The notes beneath the pieces are model-generated. The model was not told where the DNA came from. It searched no databases and saw only the letters and a list, made by a program, of their open reading frames with translations. This document shows, in pieces, positions 8,033 through 18,183 of a stretch of 64,000 nucleotides of DNA. The translations under genes and the position numbers were made by a program. The first letter of the stretch is position 1. Each line of letters opens with the position of its first letter. The stretch lies in contig DISH01000001.1 of NCBI GenBank assembly GCA_002421665.1, positions 5,410-69,409 on the forward strand, written 5' to 3'. This DNA is from Candidatus Omnitrophica bacterium UBA6215. Lineage in GTDB: Bacteria; Omnitrophota; Gorgyraeia; Pluralincolimonadales; Pluralincolimonadaceae.

Positions 8033-8881
8033 ATGAAGCTCGGCGTCCATGTGTCCATAGCGGGCCATATATATGAGGCCGTTGACAGGGCTGCCGCGTT
8101 GGGTTGTAACACCTTCCAGATCTTCAGCCGGAACCCCCGCGGGTGGGCAGCGCTTGCCCTTTCGCCAGTCGATGCTGAGGAGTTCATAAGGCGGCGCAAG
8201 GTTGAGAAGATGACCCCGGTCGTAGTCCATATACCTTACCTGATAAACCTGTGTTCCCCGGACGATGCCCTCTGGGAGAAGTCAGTCAAGGCCTACATCG
8301 AAGACATTAAGCGCGCCGACGCGTTAGGCGCGGACTATTTCGTGACGCATCTGGGCAGCCCGAAAGATAAAGGACGGGTTTACGGTATAGAACGTTTTTC
8401 GAAGGGGATGGCGAAGGCCATAAGGAAAGCCGGTCCAAAACTCATGATATTGCTCGAAAATACCGCCGGAGGGGGCAGCTCCATAGGTTCAAAATTCGAG
8501 GATATAGCAGAGATAATCAAGAACGTAAAGTCGCAGACAGGAACAGATATCGGCATGTGCCTGGACACGGCCCATGCTTTCGAGGCAGGCCATGACGACA
8601 AAACGGGAAAAGGCTTCATGTCAATGATGAATAATATAGGTTCAACCGTCGGGTTCGGCAGGATAAAAGTGGTGCATTTTAACGATTCGTTAAGTACCAT
8701 GGGTTCGCATAATGACAGGCACTGGCATATAGGAAAAGGTAAGATAGGCGCCGAGGGTTTAAAGAGGATAGTCAACCACCCGAAACTGAAGAATTGTGCA
8801 TTTATTCTCGAGACCCCCAAAAACACCAAGAAGGATGACAAGGCCAATCTTGCGGCCGTCAGAAAGATGAGGCGCGGTTGA
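8033..8881 (+). CDS. nfo: Endonuclease IV (AP endonuclease, Nfo family)
   Basis: Product begins MKLGVHVSIAGHIYEAVDRAAALGCNTFQIF, a xylose-isomerase-like TIM barrel. SD GGAGAA at 8025-8030. The track start at 7970 would overlap tRNA-Ala, so 8033 is used. Confidence 0.85.
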   Translation: MKLGVHVSIAGHIYEAVDRAAALGCNTFQIFSRNPRGWAALALSPVDAEEFIRRRKVEKMTPVVVHIPYLINLCSPDDALWEKSVKAYIEDIKRADALGADYFVTHLGSPKDKGRVYGIERFSKGMAKAIRKAGPKLMILLENTAGGGSSIGSKFEDIAEIIKNVKSQTGTDIGMCLDTAHAFEAGHDDKTGKGFMSMMNNIGSTVGFGRIKVVHFNDSLSTMGSHNDRHWHIGKGKIGAEGLKRIVNHPKLKNCAFILETPKNTKKDDKANLAAVRKMRRG

Positions 8882-11274
8882 ATTACGATTTTAAGAGTAT
8901 AGAAGAAAAGTGGCAAAAAGAGTGGGAGTCGAGCGGTATATTCAGGGCCAAGACCGATACTGCCAGGAAGAAATACTACCTTCTCGAGATGTTCCCTTAT
9001 CCTTCGGGCCGTATCCATATGGGCCACGTACGCAACTATACCATAGGCGATGTCGCCGCCCGCGTGAAGATGATGCAGGGTTACAACGTGCTGCATCCCA
9101 TGGGTTACGATGCGTTCGGCCAGCCCGCCGAGAACGCCGCGATAAAGAACAAGAGCCATCCCGAGGCCTGGACCCTCGGTTGCATAGATAACATGCGCAA
9201 ACAGCTAAAGAAGATGGGTCTTTCGTACGACTGGGCCCGCGAGGTCTCCACATGCCTTCCGGAATACTACCGCTGGAACCAGTGGATCTTCCTGAAGATG
9301 ATGGAGAAGGGACTTGCTTACAAGAAGGCTTCAGTAGTCAACTGGTGTCCCGATTGCGAGACGACGCTTGCCAACGAGGAAGTCATCGACGGAAAATGCT
9401 GGCGTTGCAAGAACCCGGTCCGGCAGAAAGAGCTGGACCAATGGTTCATAAAGATAACCGATTACAAGGAAAGATTGGTTGATGACCTCGAGAAACTAAA
9501 ATACTGGCCCGAGCGCGTTATCACGATGCAGAAGAATTGGATCGGGAGGAGCGAGGGCGTAGAGATCTTTTTCAGGATAAAGGAGACGGACGGGACCCTG
9601 CCCGTATTTACCACCCGCCAGGACACGATATTCGGATGCACATACGTGGTATTGGCGCCCGAACATCCCCTCGTGAAAAAGCTGATCGCCGGCAAGCCGC
9701 AGGAAAAGCAGGTCCTTGGCTTTATCGAGAAAGTCTCCAAGGAAAGTAAAATGGTGCGTGTTGCCGCCGACGTAAAGAAAGAAGGCGTCTTTACCGGTGC
9801 GTACGCGGTCAATCCCGTCAATAACGAGGCGGTCCAGATATGGGTTGCGGATTACGTCTTGATGGAATACGGGACCGGGGCCATAATGGCGGTGCCCACG
9901 CATGACCAGAGGGATTTCCTGTTTGCTAAGGAACACAGGCTGCCGATGCGTGTCGTTATCCGGCCTAAAGGCGCCGATCTGTCTGCGGATACGATGACCG
10001 AGGCGTATGAGAATGACGGGATACAGGTTAATTCAGGGCAGTTTGACGGGCTTACCAATACCGAAGGTAAGAAGAAGATCGCCGAATGGATGGAAACCAA
10101 GGGTATAGGCAAGCGCACGGTAAACTGGCGCCTGCGCGATTGGCTTATTTCGCGCCAACGATATTGGGGCACCCCTATACCGGTTATTTATTGTCCGAAA
10201 TGCGGGATAGTGCCTGTGCCGGAAAAGGACCTGCCGGTCGTGCTGCCGAAAGGCGTGAAATTCACCGGCAAAGGAGGCAGCCCTCTTTCGCAGGTAAAGG
10301 AATTTACCGATACGAAGTGCCCGAAGTGCTGCGGCGCGGCGAGGCGCGAGACGGATACAATGGCGACGTTCATCGATTCGTCGTGGTATTTCCTGAGGTT
10401 TTGTTCGCCACGAGATGATAAGGCGGCATTCGATAAAGCCGATGTCGGTTATTGGATGCCGGTCGACCAGTATATAGGAGGCATAGAACATGCCGTTTTG
10501 CACCTGCTGTATTCGAGGTTTTTTACGAAATTCCTGAAGGACATCGGCATGTTGGGTTTTGACGAACCCTTCCAGAAACTTCTGACGCAAGGGATGGTGC
10601 TCAAAGAAGGGGAGGTTATGTCAAAATCGCGCGGCAACATCGTAGATCCCGACGAGATAATAGCGAAATACGGCGCGGATACGATGCGTCTTTTTATACT
10701 GTTTGCGGCTCCCCCGGAGACCGAGCTCGAATGGGAAGAGCGCGGCACCGAGGGCGCTTTCAGGTTCCTCGCACGCGTATGGCGCATACAGGAGAACCTT
10801 AAGGATAAGGCAGACCCCGGGCTTGTCAGGCTTACCCACAAGACGATAAAGAAGGTTACGGATGATTTCGGAGAGTTCAAATTCAACACCGCTATAGCCG
10901 CAATGATGGAACTTGTTAATGCAATATACCAGTCGGGCGCGGATAAGCAGGTTTACTCGTCGCTGATACTCATGCTTTCGCCGATAGCTCCGCATTTTTG
11001 CGAGGAGATCTGGCAGTCTCTCGGTAATAGCGATACCTTACTTAAGGCCGGTTGGCCGAAATTCGATCCCGGGATGCTCGTTGACGAAAGGGTAACAATG
11101 GCCGTCCAGGTCAACGGCAAGGTCCGCTCTAAGATAGAAGTTCCATCTGACATGTCCGACGAAGATATTAAGACACTGGCCCTTTCGGACGAGAAAGTTA
11201 AACAGTGGCTGGACGGAAAGCCCGTAAAGAATATTGTCGTAGTGCCTAAGAGGCTTGTCAGTATAGTTGCTTGA
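8878..11274 (+). CDS. leuS: Leucyl-tRNA synthetase
   Basis: HIGH-class motifs (PYPSGRIHMGHVRNY, KMSKS). TTG start overlaps the nfo stop. 798 aa. Confidence 0.95.
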   Translation: MNYDFKSIEEKWQKEWESSGIFRAKTDTARKKYYLLEMFPYPSGRIHMGHVRNYTIGDVAARVKMMQGYNVLHPMGYDAFGQPAENAAIKNKSHPEAWTLGCIDNMRKQLKKMGLSYDWAREVSTCLPEYYRWNQWIFLKMMEKGLAYKKASVVNWCPDCETTLANEEVIDGKCWRCKNPVRQKELDQWFIKITDYKERLVDDLEKLKYWPERVITMQKNWIGRSEGVEIFFRIKETDGTLPVFTTRQDTIFGCTYVVLAPEHPLVKKLIAGKPQEKQVLGFIEKVSKESKMVRVAADVKKEGVFTGAYAVNPVNNEAVQIWVADYVLMEYGTGAIMAVPTHDQRDFLFAKEHRLPMRVVIRPKGADLSADTMTEAYENDGIQVNSGQFDGLTNTEGKKKIAEWMETKGIGKRTVNWRLRDWLISRQRYWGTPIPVIYCPKCGIVPVPEKDLPVVLPKGVKFTGKGGSPLSQVKEFTDTKCPKCCGAARRETDTMATFIDSSWYFLRFCSPRDDKAAFDKADVGYWMPVDQYIGGIEHAVLHLLYSRFFTKFLKDIGMLGFDEPFQKLLTQGMVLKEGEVMSKSRGNIVDPDEIIAKYGADTMRLFILFAAPPETELEWEERGTEGAFRFLARVWRIQENLKDKADPGLVRLTHKTIKKVTDDFGEFKFNTAIAAMMELVNAIYQSGADKQVYSSLILMLSPIAPHFCEEIWQSLGNSDTLLKAGWPKFDPGMLVDERVTMAVQVNGKVRSKIEVPSDMSDEDIKTLALSDEKVKQWLDGKPVKNIVVVPKRLVSIVA

Positions 11275-11629
11275 CCTTACGCGGCAGGAGAGAAAGGTCT
11301 TGATAGTCCTGGGCGCCTTGGCGGCCCTGGGGCTGGCCGTTCTGGCCTTCAAGACCTATGTAATACGGCCGCAACTGGTCGTTATACCGGCGGGACCTGC
11401 AGGTACGAGCCTTAAAGGCGTGGTAGATCGTGAAAACCGCGTCAACATAAATACCTCGGACGCCGAAAGGATCGCCACTTTGCCGGATATAGGCCCAAAG
11501 ACCGCGCGCAAGATAATCTCTTACCGGGATTCGCACGGGTCTTTCCTGCTTAAGGAAGATATCATGAAAGTCGGAGGCATAGGTCCTAAGACTTTTGATA
11601 AGATAAAAGACCTTATCGTCCTTGAATAG
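11267..11629 (+). CDS. comEA: ComEA-like helix-hairpin-helix DNA-binding competence protein
   Basis: TM anchor plus an (HhH)2 region (INTSDAERIATLPDIGPKTARKII...VGGIGPKTFDKI). The likely true start is TTG at 11300, which has SD GGAGAGA upstream. Confidence 0.7.
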   Translation: MLDLTRQERKVLIVLGALAALGLAVLAFKTYVIRPQLVVIPAGPAGTSLKGVVDRENRVNINTSDAERIATLPDIGPKTARKIISYRDSHGSFLLKEDIMKVGGIGPKTFDKIKDLIVLE

Positions 11630-11699
11630 CATACGGTTCTATGGTAGACTTATTCACTAATTATTTGACCATTACTGGATAATATGAAAGGAGAGAAGC

Positions 11700-12689
11700 A
11701 TGTATATGAAAAAGTTTTTTGCCGTATCCGTGACGGTGTTCGCCGCGGGTATCCTGATGGCCGGTTGCGGGCCTGCCCAGAAGACCGGCCCCGCGAAACC
11801 GGGAACGGATAAACCCGTTGCCGCAAAGCCTACGGATGACAGTTCGCATGCCGGCAAGGATAATAAAGTAGTCGCCGAGATCGGAAGCGAGAAGATAACT
11901 CTTAATGATATAGATGCGATGATAAAGCAGATACCGGAGCAGTACCAGCCCATGGCCGAAGCGCATAAGGATATGTTCCTCGACAGCGTGGTCAGCCAGA
12001 AGCTCCTCTATGCCGAGGCATCAAAGCTTAACCTCGACAAAGACCCCGATGTCCAGAAACAGATAGAAGACGCCAGAAAGGACATAATAATCAAGGAATA
12101 CCTGCGCAAGGAGATCGAGGACAAGGTTACTGTAAGTGACGAAGATGCGAAGAAATATTATGAAGAGAACCCGGATAAGTTCAAGGAGTCGGAAAAGGTC
12201 GAGGTATCTCACATACTTGTCGACACCGAGGCCGAAGCCAATGACATACTCGCAAAGCTTAAGGCCGGAGATGATTTTGCGAAACTGGCAAAGGAGAAAT
12301 CGAAGTGCCCCAGCAAGGACAAGGGAGGGGAACTTGGTTATATAAGCAAGGGACAGACGGTCCCGGAGTTTGAGACGGCCGCTTTTTCTCTCCAGCCCGG
12401 ACAATTAAGCGGTGTCATAAAATCCCAGTTCGGCTATCATATAATAAAGGTTACCGCAAAGCAGCCGGAGAAGATCATTCCGTTCGATGAGATCAAGGAC
12501 CAGTTAAAGCAAATGCTGCTCGCGGATAAACAGAAGGAACGTTTCGACGATATTCTTAAGGGTCTAAAGGAGAAGAACAAGGTAATCATATATAAAGACG
12601 TGCTCATGCCTCCTGTCCCGAAACCCGAGTCCGTAAAGCCGGTAACAGAACCTGCCGTGAAGGCGCCGGAGGCAGCGCCAGCCAACTGA
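11700..12689 (+). CDS. Parvulin-type peptidyl-prolyl isomerase lipoprotein (PrsA/SurA-like)
   Basis: Lipobox LMAGC and a PpiC rotamase domain (SHILVDTEAEANDIL...GELGYISKGQTVPEFE...GYHIIKV). Confidence 0.8.
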   Translation: MYMKKFFAVSVTVFAAGILMAGCGPAQKTGPAKPGTDKPVAAKPTDDSSHAGKDNKVVAEIGSEKITLNDIDAMIKQIPEQYQPMAEAHKDMFLDSVVSQKLLYAEASKLNLDKDPDVQKQIEDARKDIIIKEYLRKEIEDKVTVSDEDAKKYYEENPDKFKESEKVEVSHILVDTEAEANDILAKLKAGDDFAKLAKEKSKCPSKDKGGELGYISKGQTVPEFETAAFSLQPGQLSGVIKSQFGYHIIKVTAKQPEKIIPFDEIKDQLKQMLLADKQKERFDDILKGLKEKNKVIIYKDVLMPPVPKPESVKPVTEPAVKAPEAAPAN

Positions 12690-12690
12690 T

Positions 12691-15090
12691 TTGGCATATC
12701 CTTTAGTCTGGATCGCGGTACTTATATCTGCGGGGATCTGGATAGCTGATGTTATCCGGGTCCCCGTATTTTTTGCCTTATTAACGGTATTAATATCCCT
12801 CTTTATGGCCGCATTGAATATCGGCCGGAGGAACCTCTCCCTTATCCCGCTTTCCGTTGCGTATCTGTTCATAGGCTGCTTACTGCTCGGCGTCAATCGG
12901 ATACTCCCGCAGGACCATATCAGCAATTTTACTCCCGTAGAAGCGGAAGAGGCCTATATATCCGGGGTAATAACCGAGGAACCCAGTGTGTCCGTTGCAT
13001 ATTACGGCGGCAGGAGATTTAATTTCATCTTGTCCTCTCGGCAGATCCAACAGGGGGACAGGAATGTCCGGGTTTCAGGTAAGGTGAGAGTGTCAGTTAC
13101 GGGCGAACCTGGTTTCCCTTTGTCTTACGGTGACTTATTGGTGATGAAAGGTAAGCTTTCTAGGCCGTCCGGCCCGTCCAACCCGGGAGGGTTCGACCGG
13201 GGCGCCTATTTGGCGAGGAAAGGCATATTTTCATCATTCAACTCCGGCGCTTCCAATGTGAAATTGGCCGGAAAAGAGAGATTGAATCCGGTTCTCCGCC
13301 TTGCGTATGAATGCAGGGAAAAGATAAGGCAGGTAATTTACAGGGATATCCAGGGCGACCCGGCAGACCTGTTGGCTGCGGTCCTGTTAGGGTTAAGGCG
13401 GGACATCGACAGCGGCATAAATGACGATTTTATGAAGACCGGTACAGTCCACCTCCTGGCTATAAGCGGTCTCAACATAGGCATGATAGCTTTCATAGCC
13501 GTATTGCTCCTGGGTATGGCCAGGGTGCCCAAAAGGGCAGCTATCCCGGCTGTTATCTTAATGCTCATATTCTATGCGATACTGACGAACGCCACGCCTT
13601 CGGTGGTAAGGGCAACCGTTATGTCGATAGCGGTCCTGTCCGGCCTTCTTATCGGGAGGGATACGTCACTTTGGAATTCACTGGGGTTGGCAGCGGTTAT
13701 AATACTTTCTTTTGACCCGAATGCCCTGTTTGACGCGGGATTCCAGCTTTCATTCGTCTCTGTGGCGTCATTGTTGTATTTCATGCCGGAAATAAAAGCC
13801 CGTTTCCGTACCGGGAACTACATGGCGGAATGTTTTTTCGTATCAATAGCCGCGTGGATAGGTACGGCGCCTCTTATACTGGAATATTTCAACATAGTTA
13901 CTCCGATAGCGGTCATATCGAACCTTATTGCCGTGCCGCTTTCTTTCGCTATAACGGCGGCCAGCGTGCCTTTCATGATTTTTGCTTTTATCTTTCCGCC
14001 GCTGGGAAAGATCTTTGCCGCCTCGGTATGGTTCCTGTGCGAGGCGCTCTTTAAGTCAAATTCCATATTGGCGGCTATTCCCATGGGCCATATGTACCTG
14101 CCGAAACCGCCTGTTATTGCGGTAGTGTTCTATTACATTTTTATCGCGGTTTTCATGGCACGCAGGAAGCTGAACATCAGGCCTTTTTATTTTGCGGCCA
14201 TAATCCTCACGGCAGTTGCCATTACGGCATGGACAAATGCCCTGGCTCCTGCTTCCCGCAACCTGCGCGTAACGTTCCTGGACGTGGGACACGGGGATTC
14301 GGTATTCCTGGAATTTCCCGGAGGCAGTAATATGCTTATTGACGGAGGAAGCGGGGGGCAGGAGGACTGGGATGCCGGTCGTGACGTGGTGTTGCCTTTT
14401 CTCAGGTGCAAGGGTATACAGGTCTTGGATGCGGTTGTCCTTACCCACCCCGATTCCGACCATGTGGGGGGCCTGGTCTCGATCATGGACGGGATGAGGG
14501 TCAGGTATATATTCGACAGCGGCGCAGGTTCGGGCAGTGCCGTATACAAGTCGTTCGACGATCTTATTTCCGGTAAACGGGTAGTGCGATATTTGCTTAA
14601 GCGGGGGGACGGCATAGCGGGAATTAAAGATGTGTCGATATTTTGCCTGAATCCGGCTTCAGGCCGCGCTCTCGAAGAAAACATACCGGTAAATGACAAA
14701 TCCGTAGTCCTGAAAGTAAGGTTCAAGGGGACATCGGCCATGTTTTGCGGGGACGCCGTCGGAATGCCCCTGTCGGAAATAGCCATGATTTACCCGGCGC
14801 AGATGAGATCCTCATTGCTTATGATGCCCCATCATGGCGGGGAGATCAAGGGAGGGTGGGAGCCCTTTGTGGGTGCAGTTGGCCCCTCGATAGCCGTAAT
14901 ATCGCAGGGAAGGGCGCAAAAAGAGATCGAAAGGTCTGCCGGGCTGCAGGAGGCGCTTGGATCAAGGGGGATAGAGGTATACAGGACAAACTCCTCCGGG
15001 GCCGTAATAGCCGTCAGCGACGGAGTTAAATTTCACGTTGACAAATGGCGTCCGGGGGGTATAAAATTATGTCAGATTGAGGGGAGGTAA
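12691..15090 (+). CDS. comEC: DNA internalization competence protein ComEC/Rec2
   Basis: 799 aa. Competence membrane domain plus a C-terminal metallo-beta-lactamase domain (TFLDVGHGDSVFLEFPGGSNMLIDGG...HPDSDHVGG). Confidence 0.85.
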   Translation: MAYPLVWIAVLISAGIWIADVIRVPVFFALLTVLISLFMAALNIGRRNLSLIPLSVAYLFIGCLLLGVNRILPQDHISNFTPVEAEEAYISGVITEEPSVSVAYYGGRRFNFILSSRQIQQGDRNVRVSGKVRVSVTGEPGFPLSYGDLLVMKGKLSRPSGPSNPGGFDRGAYLARKGIFSSFNSGASNVKLAGKERLNPVLRLAYECREKIRQVIYRDIQGDPADLLAAVLLGLRRDIDSGINDDFMKTGTVHLLAISGLNIGMIAFIAVLLLGMARVPKRAAIPAVILMLIFYAILTNATPSVVRATVMSIAVLSGLLIGRDTSLWNSLGLAAVIILSFDPNALFDAGFQLSFVSVASLLYFMPEIKARFRTGNYMAECFFVSIAAWIGTAPLILEYFNIVTPIAVISNLIAVPLSFAITAASVPFMIFAFIFPPLGKIFAASVWFLCEALFKSNSILAAIPMGHMYLPKPPVIAVVFYYIFIAVFMARRKLNIRPFYFAAIILTAVAITAWTNALAPASRNLRVTFLDVGHGDSVFLEFPGGSNMLIDGGSGGQEDWDAGRDVVLPFLRCKGIQVLDAVVLTHPDSDHVGGLVSIMDGMRVRYIFDSGAGSGSAVYKSFDDLISGKRVVRYLLKRGDGIAGIKDVSIFCLNPASGRALEENIPVNDKSVVLKVRFKGTSAMFCGDAVGMPLSEIAMIYPAQMRSSLLMMPHHGGEIKGGWEPFVGAVGPSIAVISQGRAQKEIERSAGLQEALGSRGIEVYRTNSSGAVIAVSDGVKFHVDKWRPGGIKLCQIEGR

Positions 15091-15093
15091 GCT

Positions 15094-15456
15094 ATGCATT
15101 GGAAGGCAGATTTCCCTGAAAGGCGGCAATTTGAGCGGGTAAATACCGCTATGTCAGTCCAATACAGGGGAATACGGCAAGCCAGCGACTCCGTAATTAG
15201 CGCTATCTCCAGGGATGTTTCAGCAGGCGGAATAAGATTGCTCGTGGATGAGTTTATTTCGGTTTTTACCCGCTTAATATTGGAGATCGCCCTACCTTCC
15301 ATACCCAACCCGGTTAAGGTCGTTTCAAAAGTCGCATGGATACGCAAGCGGCCTTACGGCGAACAGTATGAAGTAGGGGTTGAGTTCATGGATATGCCTG
15401 AAGAAGACAGGCGCGGCATCTGTGATTTTGTAGAAAGGTCCGCCCCCAAGCAATAG
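15094..15456 (+). CDS. PilZ-domain (c-di-GMP-binding) protein
   Basis: RRxxxR (RRQFERV) and D-x-S-x-GG (DVSAGGIRL) motifs. Lies 4 nt downstream of comEC. Confidence 0.7.
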   Translation: MHWKADFPERRQFERVNTAMSVQYRGIRQASDSVISAISRDVSAGGIRLLVDEFISVFTRLILEIALPSIPNPVKVVSKVAWIRKRPYGEQYEVGVEFMDMPEEDRRGICDFVERSAPKQ

Positions 15457-15466
15457 ACCCGTCTTA

Positions 15467-16444
15467 ATGACCCGAAAGCGAAAAATATCAATGAAAAAGT
15501 ACTTTATTGTCATATTCTCGGCTATCATGTTGTGCGCAGTGCAGAATTCGTATGCGTATTGGATATGGACACCCCAGACCGGGGCCTGGATCAACCCTAA
15601 GTGGGCCGTGAAAGATACTCCTCAGGAGCAGTTCGACTGGGCGATGAAATTTTACGAAGCTAAGGATTACAAGAAAGCGGCCGAGGAGTTCCAGAAACTG
15701 GTGCGTTATTATCCGCAGGCTGAACTGGCGGCGGAATCGCAGTATTATTCAGGTAAATCATTTGAAGGCCTGGAAGAATATGAGCAGGCTTTCGAAGCTT
15801 ATCAGAAGGCCATACAGACGTATCCTTTTTCCAAGAAGCTTGATGAGATGATGAAACTGCAGTACGAGATAGCAAACAGGTTTTATAACGGGGAAAAAGT
15901 AAAACTCTGGGGCATACCTACGTTCCCGTCCATATACAAGGCCATAGAGATGTACCAGAAGGTCATAGATAATGCCCCATACGGGGAATTCGCGGACCAG
16001 GCCCTTTATAAGATGGGTGAAAGTTACAAGAAGGCCGGGGATTATCAGCAGGCGCGTCTTACTTTCCAAAAACTTGTCGACGAGCATCCCGAGAGTAAAC
16101 TTGCAGAGGAGGCGAATTTTCAGGTGGGGCTTTGCGCCTCAAGGGCCTCCTTGAAACCGAGTTATGACCAGTCCGAGACCGATAAGGCCCTTGACGAGAT
16201 AGAGGATTTTTCGAAGAGGCATCCCGAATCCAATCTTACCGGCGAGGCTGACAAGATGCGCCAATCGCTAAGAGAGAAGAAGGCCCAGAGCGATTATAAT
16301 ATTGCCGATTTCTACTGGAGGCTCAAGGAATACGACTCCGCCGCCGTTTATTACAAGAGCATAGTGGAGACCCTCCCTGACACCGAGATAGCAAAAAAGG
16401 CCCAGGAGAGGCTGGATACGCTGGAAAAGAAGGGTAAGAGATGA
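15467..16444 (+). CDS. TPR-repeat outer-membrane assembly lipoprotein, BamD/YfiO-like
   Basis: Signal peptide and multiple TPR-like repeats (AMKFYEAKDYKKAAEEFQKL...). A BamD-like architecture. Confidence 0.5.
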   Translation: MTRKRKISMKKYFIVIFSAIMLCAVQNSYAYWIWTPQTGAWINPKWAVKDTPQEQFDWAMKFYEAKDYKKAAEEFQKLVRYYPQAELAAESQYYSGKSFEGLEEYEQAFEAYQKAIQTYPFSKKLDEMMKLQYEIANRFYNGEKVKLWGIPTFPSIYKAIEMYQKVIDNAPYGEFADQALYKMGESYKKAGDYQQARLTFQKLVDEHPESKLAEEANFQVGLCASRASLKPSYDQSETDKALDEIEDFSKRHPESNLTGEADKMRQSLREKKAQSDYNIADFYWRLKEYDSAAVYYKSIVETLPDTEIAKKAQERLDTLEKKGKR

Positions 16445-16995
16445 AAAAATTATCGGTCCTGTTATTTGTTTGCATGCTTCCGGCGCTGTCGTCGGGATGC
16501 GGCTATTCGACCCATTCACTGGCTTATAGCAAGTCGACCACCATTTACATCAGGCCTTTTGAGAACAAGGTTGACCTGAATATCGGAACGGACCTCTCGG
16601 ACAAGAACCCTTACAGGCTTTACCGTCCAGGGATGGAGGTCAAGATAACCAACGCCGTCATAAACAGGTTCCAGATAGACGGTTACCTTAAGGTGGTATC
16701 GAGGGAAGACGATGCGGACCTTGTACTCAACGGGTCCCTGATCAATTACGAAAAACAACCCTTGAGATACGACCAGCTCAGCGAGAATGTTGAGGAATAC
16801 AGGGCAAATATAATCGTGGACATATCCCTTGAGGACGTGATGAACTCCAAGACGGTCTGGGCCGAAAAAGGTTTCGTAGGTTATAAGGAGTATGCCCTTA
16901 CCGGCCCTAAGGCCCAATCTGAGGAGTCGGCGGTCAATGAGGCCGTGGAGGATTTGGCCAGAAGGGTTGTTGAAAGGACCGTAGAGGATTGGTAG
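16441..16995 (+). CDS. lptE: LPS-assembly lipoprotein LptE-like
   Basis: Lipobox LSSGC. Sits in the conserved leuS...lptE-holA neighbourhood. 184 aa. Confidence 0.55.
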   Translation: MKKLSVLLFVCMLPALSSGCGYSTHSLAYSKSTTIYIRPFENKVDLNIGTDLSDKNPYRLYRPGMEVKITNAVINRFQIDGYLKVVSREDDADLVLNGSLINYEKQPLRYDQLSENVEEYRANIIVDISLEDVMNSKTVWAEKGFVGYKEYALTGPKAQSEESAVNEAVEDLARRVVERTVEDW

Positions 16996-17002
16996 GGCTG
17001 CC

Positions 17003-17893
17003 ATGCCCGGTTTAGTGCACCTATTTTTAGGGAAAGAGAACGCCCTCAAGGCGGAAGCCGTCGAGGAACTTAAGAAACAGACACTTTCAGGCGGGAACGC
17101 CGACCTCAATTTTGCCGTATTCTATTCCGACCAGTTCGATCCGCAATCTTTCCAGGATGCCGTAAATACACAGCCTTTCTTAAGTCCCATGCGTTTTGTC
17201 GTGATAAGGGACGCAGACAGGCTTCCCAAGGAAGCAAGGGAATCCGTCATGAACTATGTAAGGGATAGCAGCGAAAAGACCGTCCTGGTAATAACTGCAG
17301 ACCCCGGGCAGAAGGAGGCATCGGCCGACGCATTCCTGTCCGAGCTGTCAAAACACTCCAAGGTCAAGACTTTTGTCAGCCCGGAGGGAGCGGACCTTAG
17401 GCGTTGCGTGGCCGAAAAAGCGGTTTTATTCGGCAAGCAGATGAACCCGGATTCTGTAGAGCTCCTTATAAGCAAGATAGGGAATGACCTTGGTTATATA
17501 GGTATGGCGGTTGAAAAACTGGCCAATTATACGGGCGAAAAGAAAACCGTAGAGAAGAAAGATGTCGAAGCTCTTGTAGGGAAGTCTTTGGATGAGGGCG
17601 TGTTCGATATGACCGACGCCATGAGCTCCGGGAATAAAGCCCGGGCTCTTGCTATACTGTCCGGACTCTTGAGGGACTCATCCAGGCCGGAGGGCATAAT
17701 AGGCGCGATAGGCGCCGCGCTTAAACGCAAGGCAAGGACCATGGGCCCGCCCGCAAGGTCAAAAAAATGGCTTAAAGAATGTTTTTCATTCCTGACCAAG
17801 GCAGACCGGGACCTTAAGACAAGGGACCTCGATAAGAAAGTTATCCTGGAGTCGCTTATTATTAGACTATCTGAGCTTAGCGAGCTTGGTTAA
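17003..17893 (+). CDS. holA: DNA polymerase III delta subunit
   Basis: Size and position (after lptE, as in E. coli leuS-lptE-holA) fit, as does the delta-subunit N-terminal pattern. Confidence 0.7.
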   Translation: MPGLVHLFLGKENALKAEAVEELKKQTLSGGNADLNFAVFYSDQFDPQSFQDAVNTQPFLSPMRFVVIRDADRLPKEARESVMNYVRDSSEKTVLVITADPGQKEASADAFLSELSKHSKVKTFVSPEGADLRRCVAEKAVLFGKQMNPDSVELLISKIGNDLGYIGMAVEKLANYTGEKKTVEKKDVEALVGKSLDEGVFDMTDAMSSGNKARALAILSGLLRDSSRPEGIIGAIGAALKRKARTMGPPARSKKWLKECFSFLTKADRDLKTRDLDKKVILESLIIRLSELSELG

Positions 17894-18130
17894 GATGCGG
17901 GCTTTCTTGCGAGAAGCAGTGTTCTTGTGGATTATGTTTTTTGAACGCGCCCTGTCAAGTTTTGATACAAGCGTCGCGCCGAGTTTTTTCGCCTCGTCGT
18001 TCTTCTTGGCGGCGAAAGCCATCATGAACTTCTTGGAAAGGCTTTTAAGCTCGGATTCGACCTTTATGTTCCTTTCATGCTTCTTCTTGTCCTGGCGCAT
18101 TCTTTTCTTTGCAGATGCTAGATTTGGCAA
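17867..18130 (-). CDS. rpsT: 30S ribosomal protein S20
   Basis: PNLASAKKRMRQDKKKHERN... TTG start with SD AAGGAGA. The track ORF extends to 18193, but that extra N-terminus is not S20-like. It overlaps holA convergently by 27 nt. Confidence 0.85.
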   Translation of the reverse strand: MPNLASAKKRMRQDKKKHERNIKVESELKSLSKKFMMAFAAKKNDEAKKLGATLVSKLDRARSKNIIHKNTASRKKARILTKLAKLR

Positions 18131-18183
18131 CTTAATATCTCCTTTCGAGTTACGTTGTGTAAAAATACCATATAAGGCGTAAA

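Noticed and set aside
7850-8230. - strand ORFs (7850-8230, 7945-8199) and the 5' extension of nfo (7970-8032) overlapping tRNA-Ala
   Set aside because: They run through a well-formed tRNA-Ala gene (7934-8009). nfo has a proper RBS and ATG at 8033.
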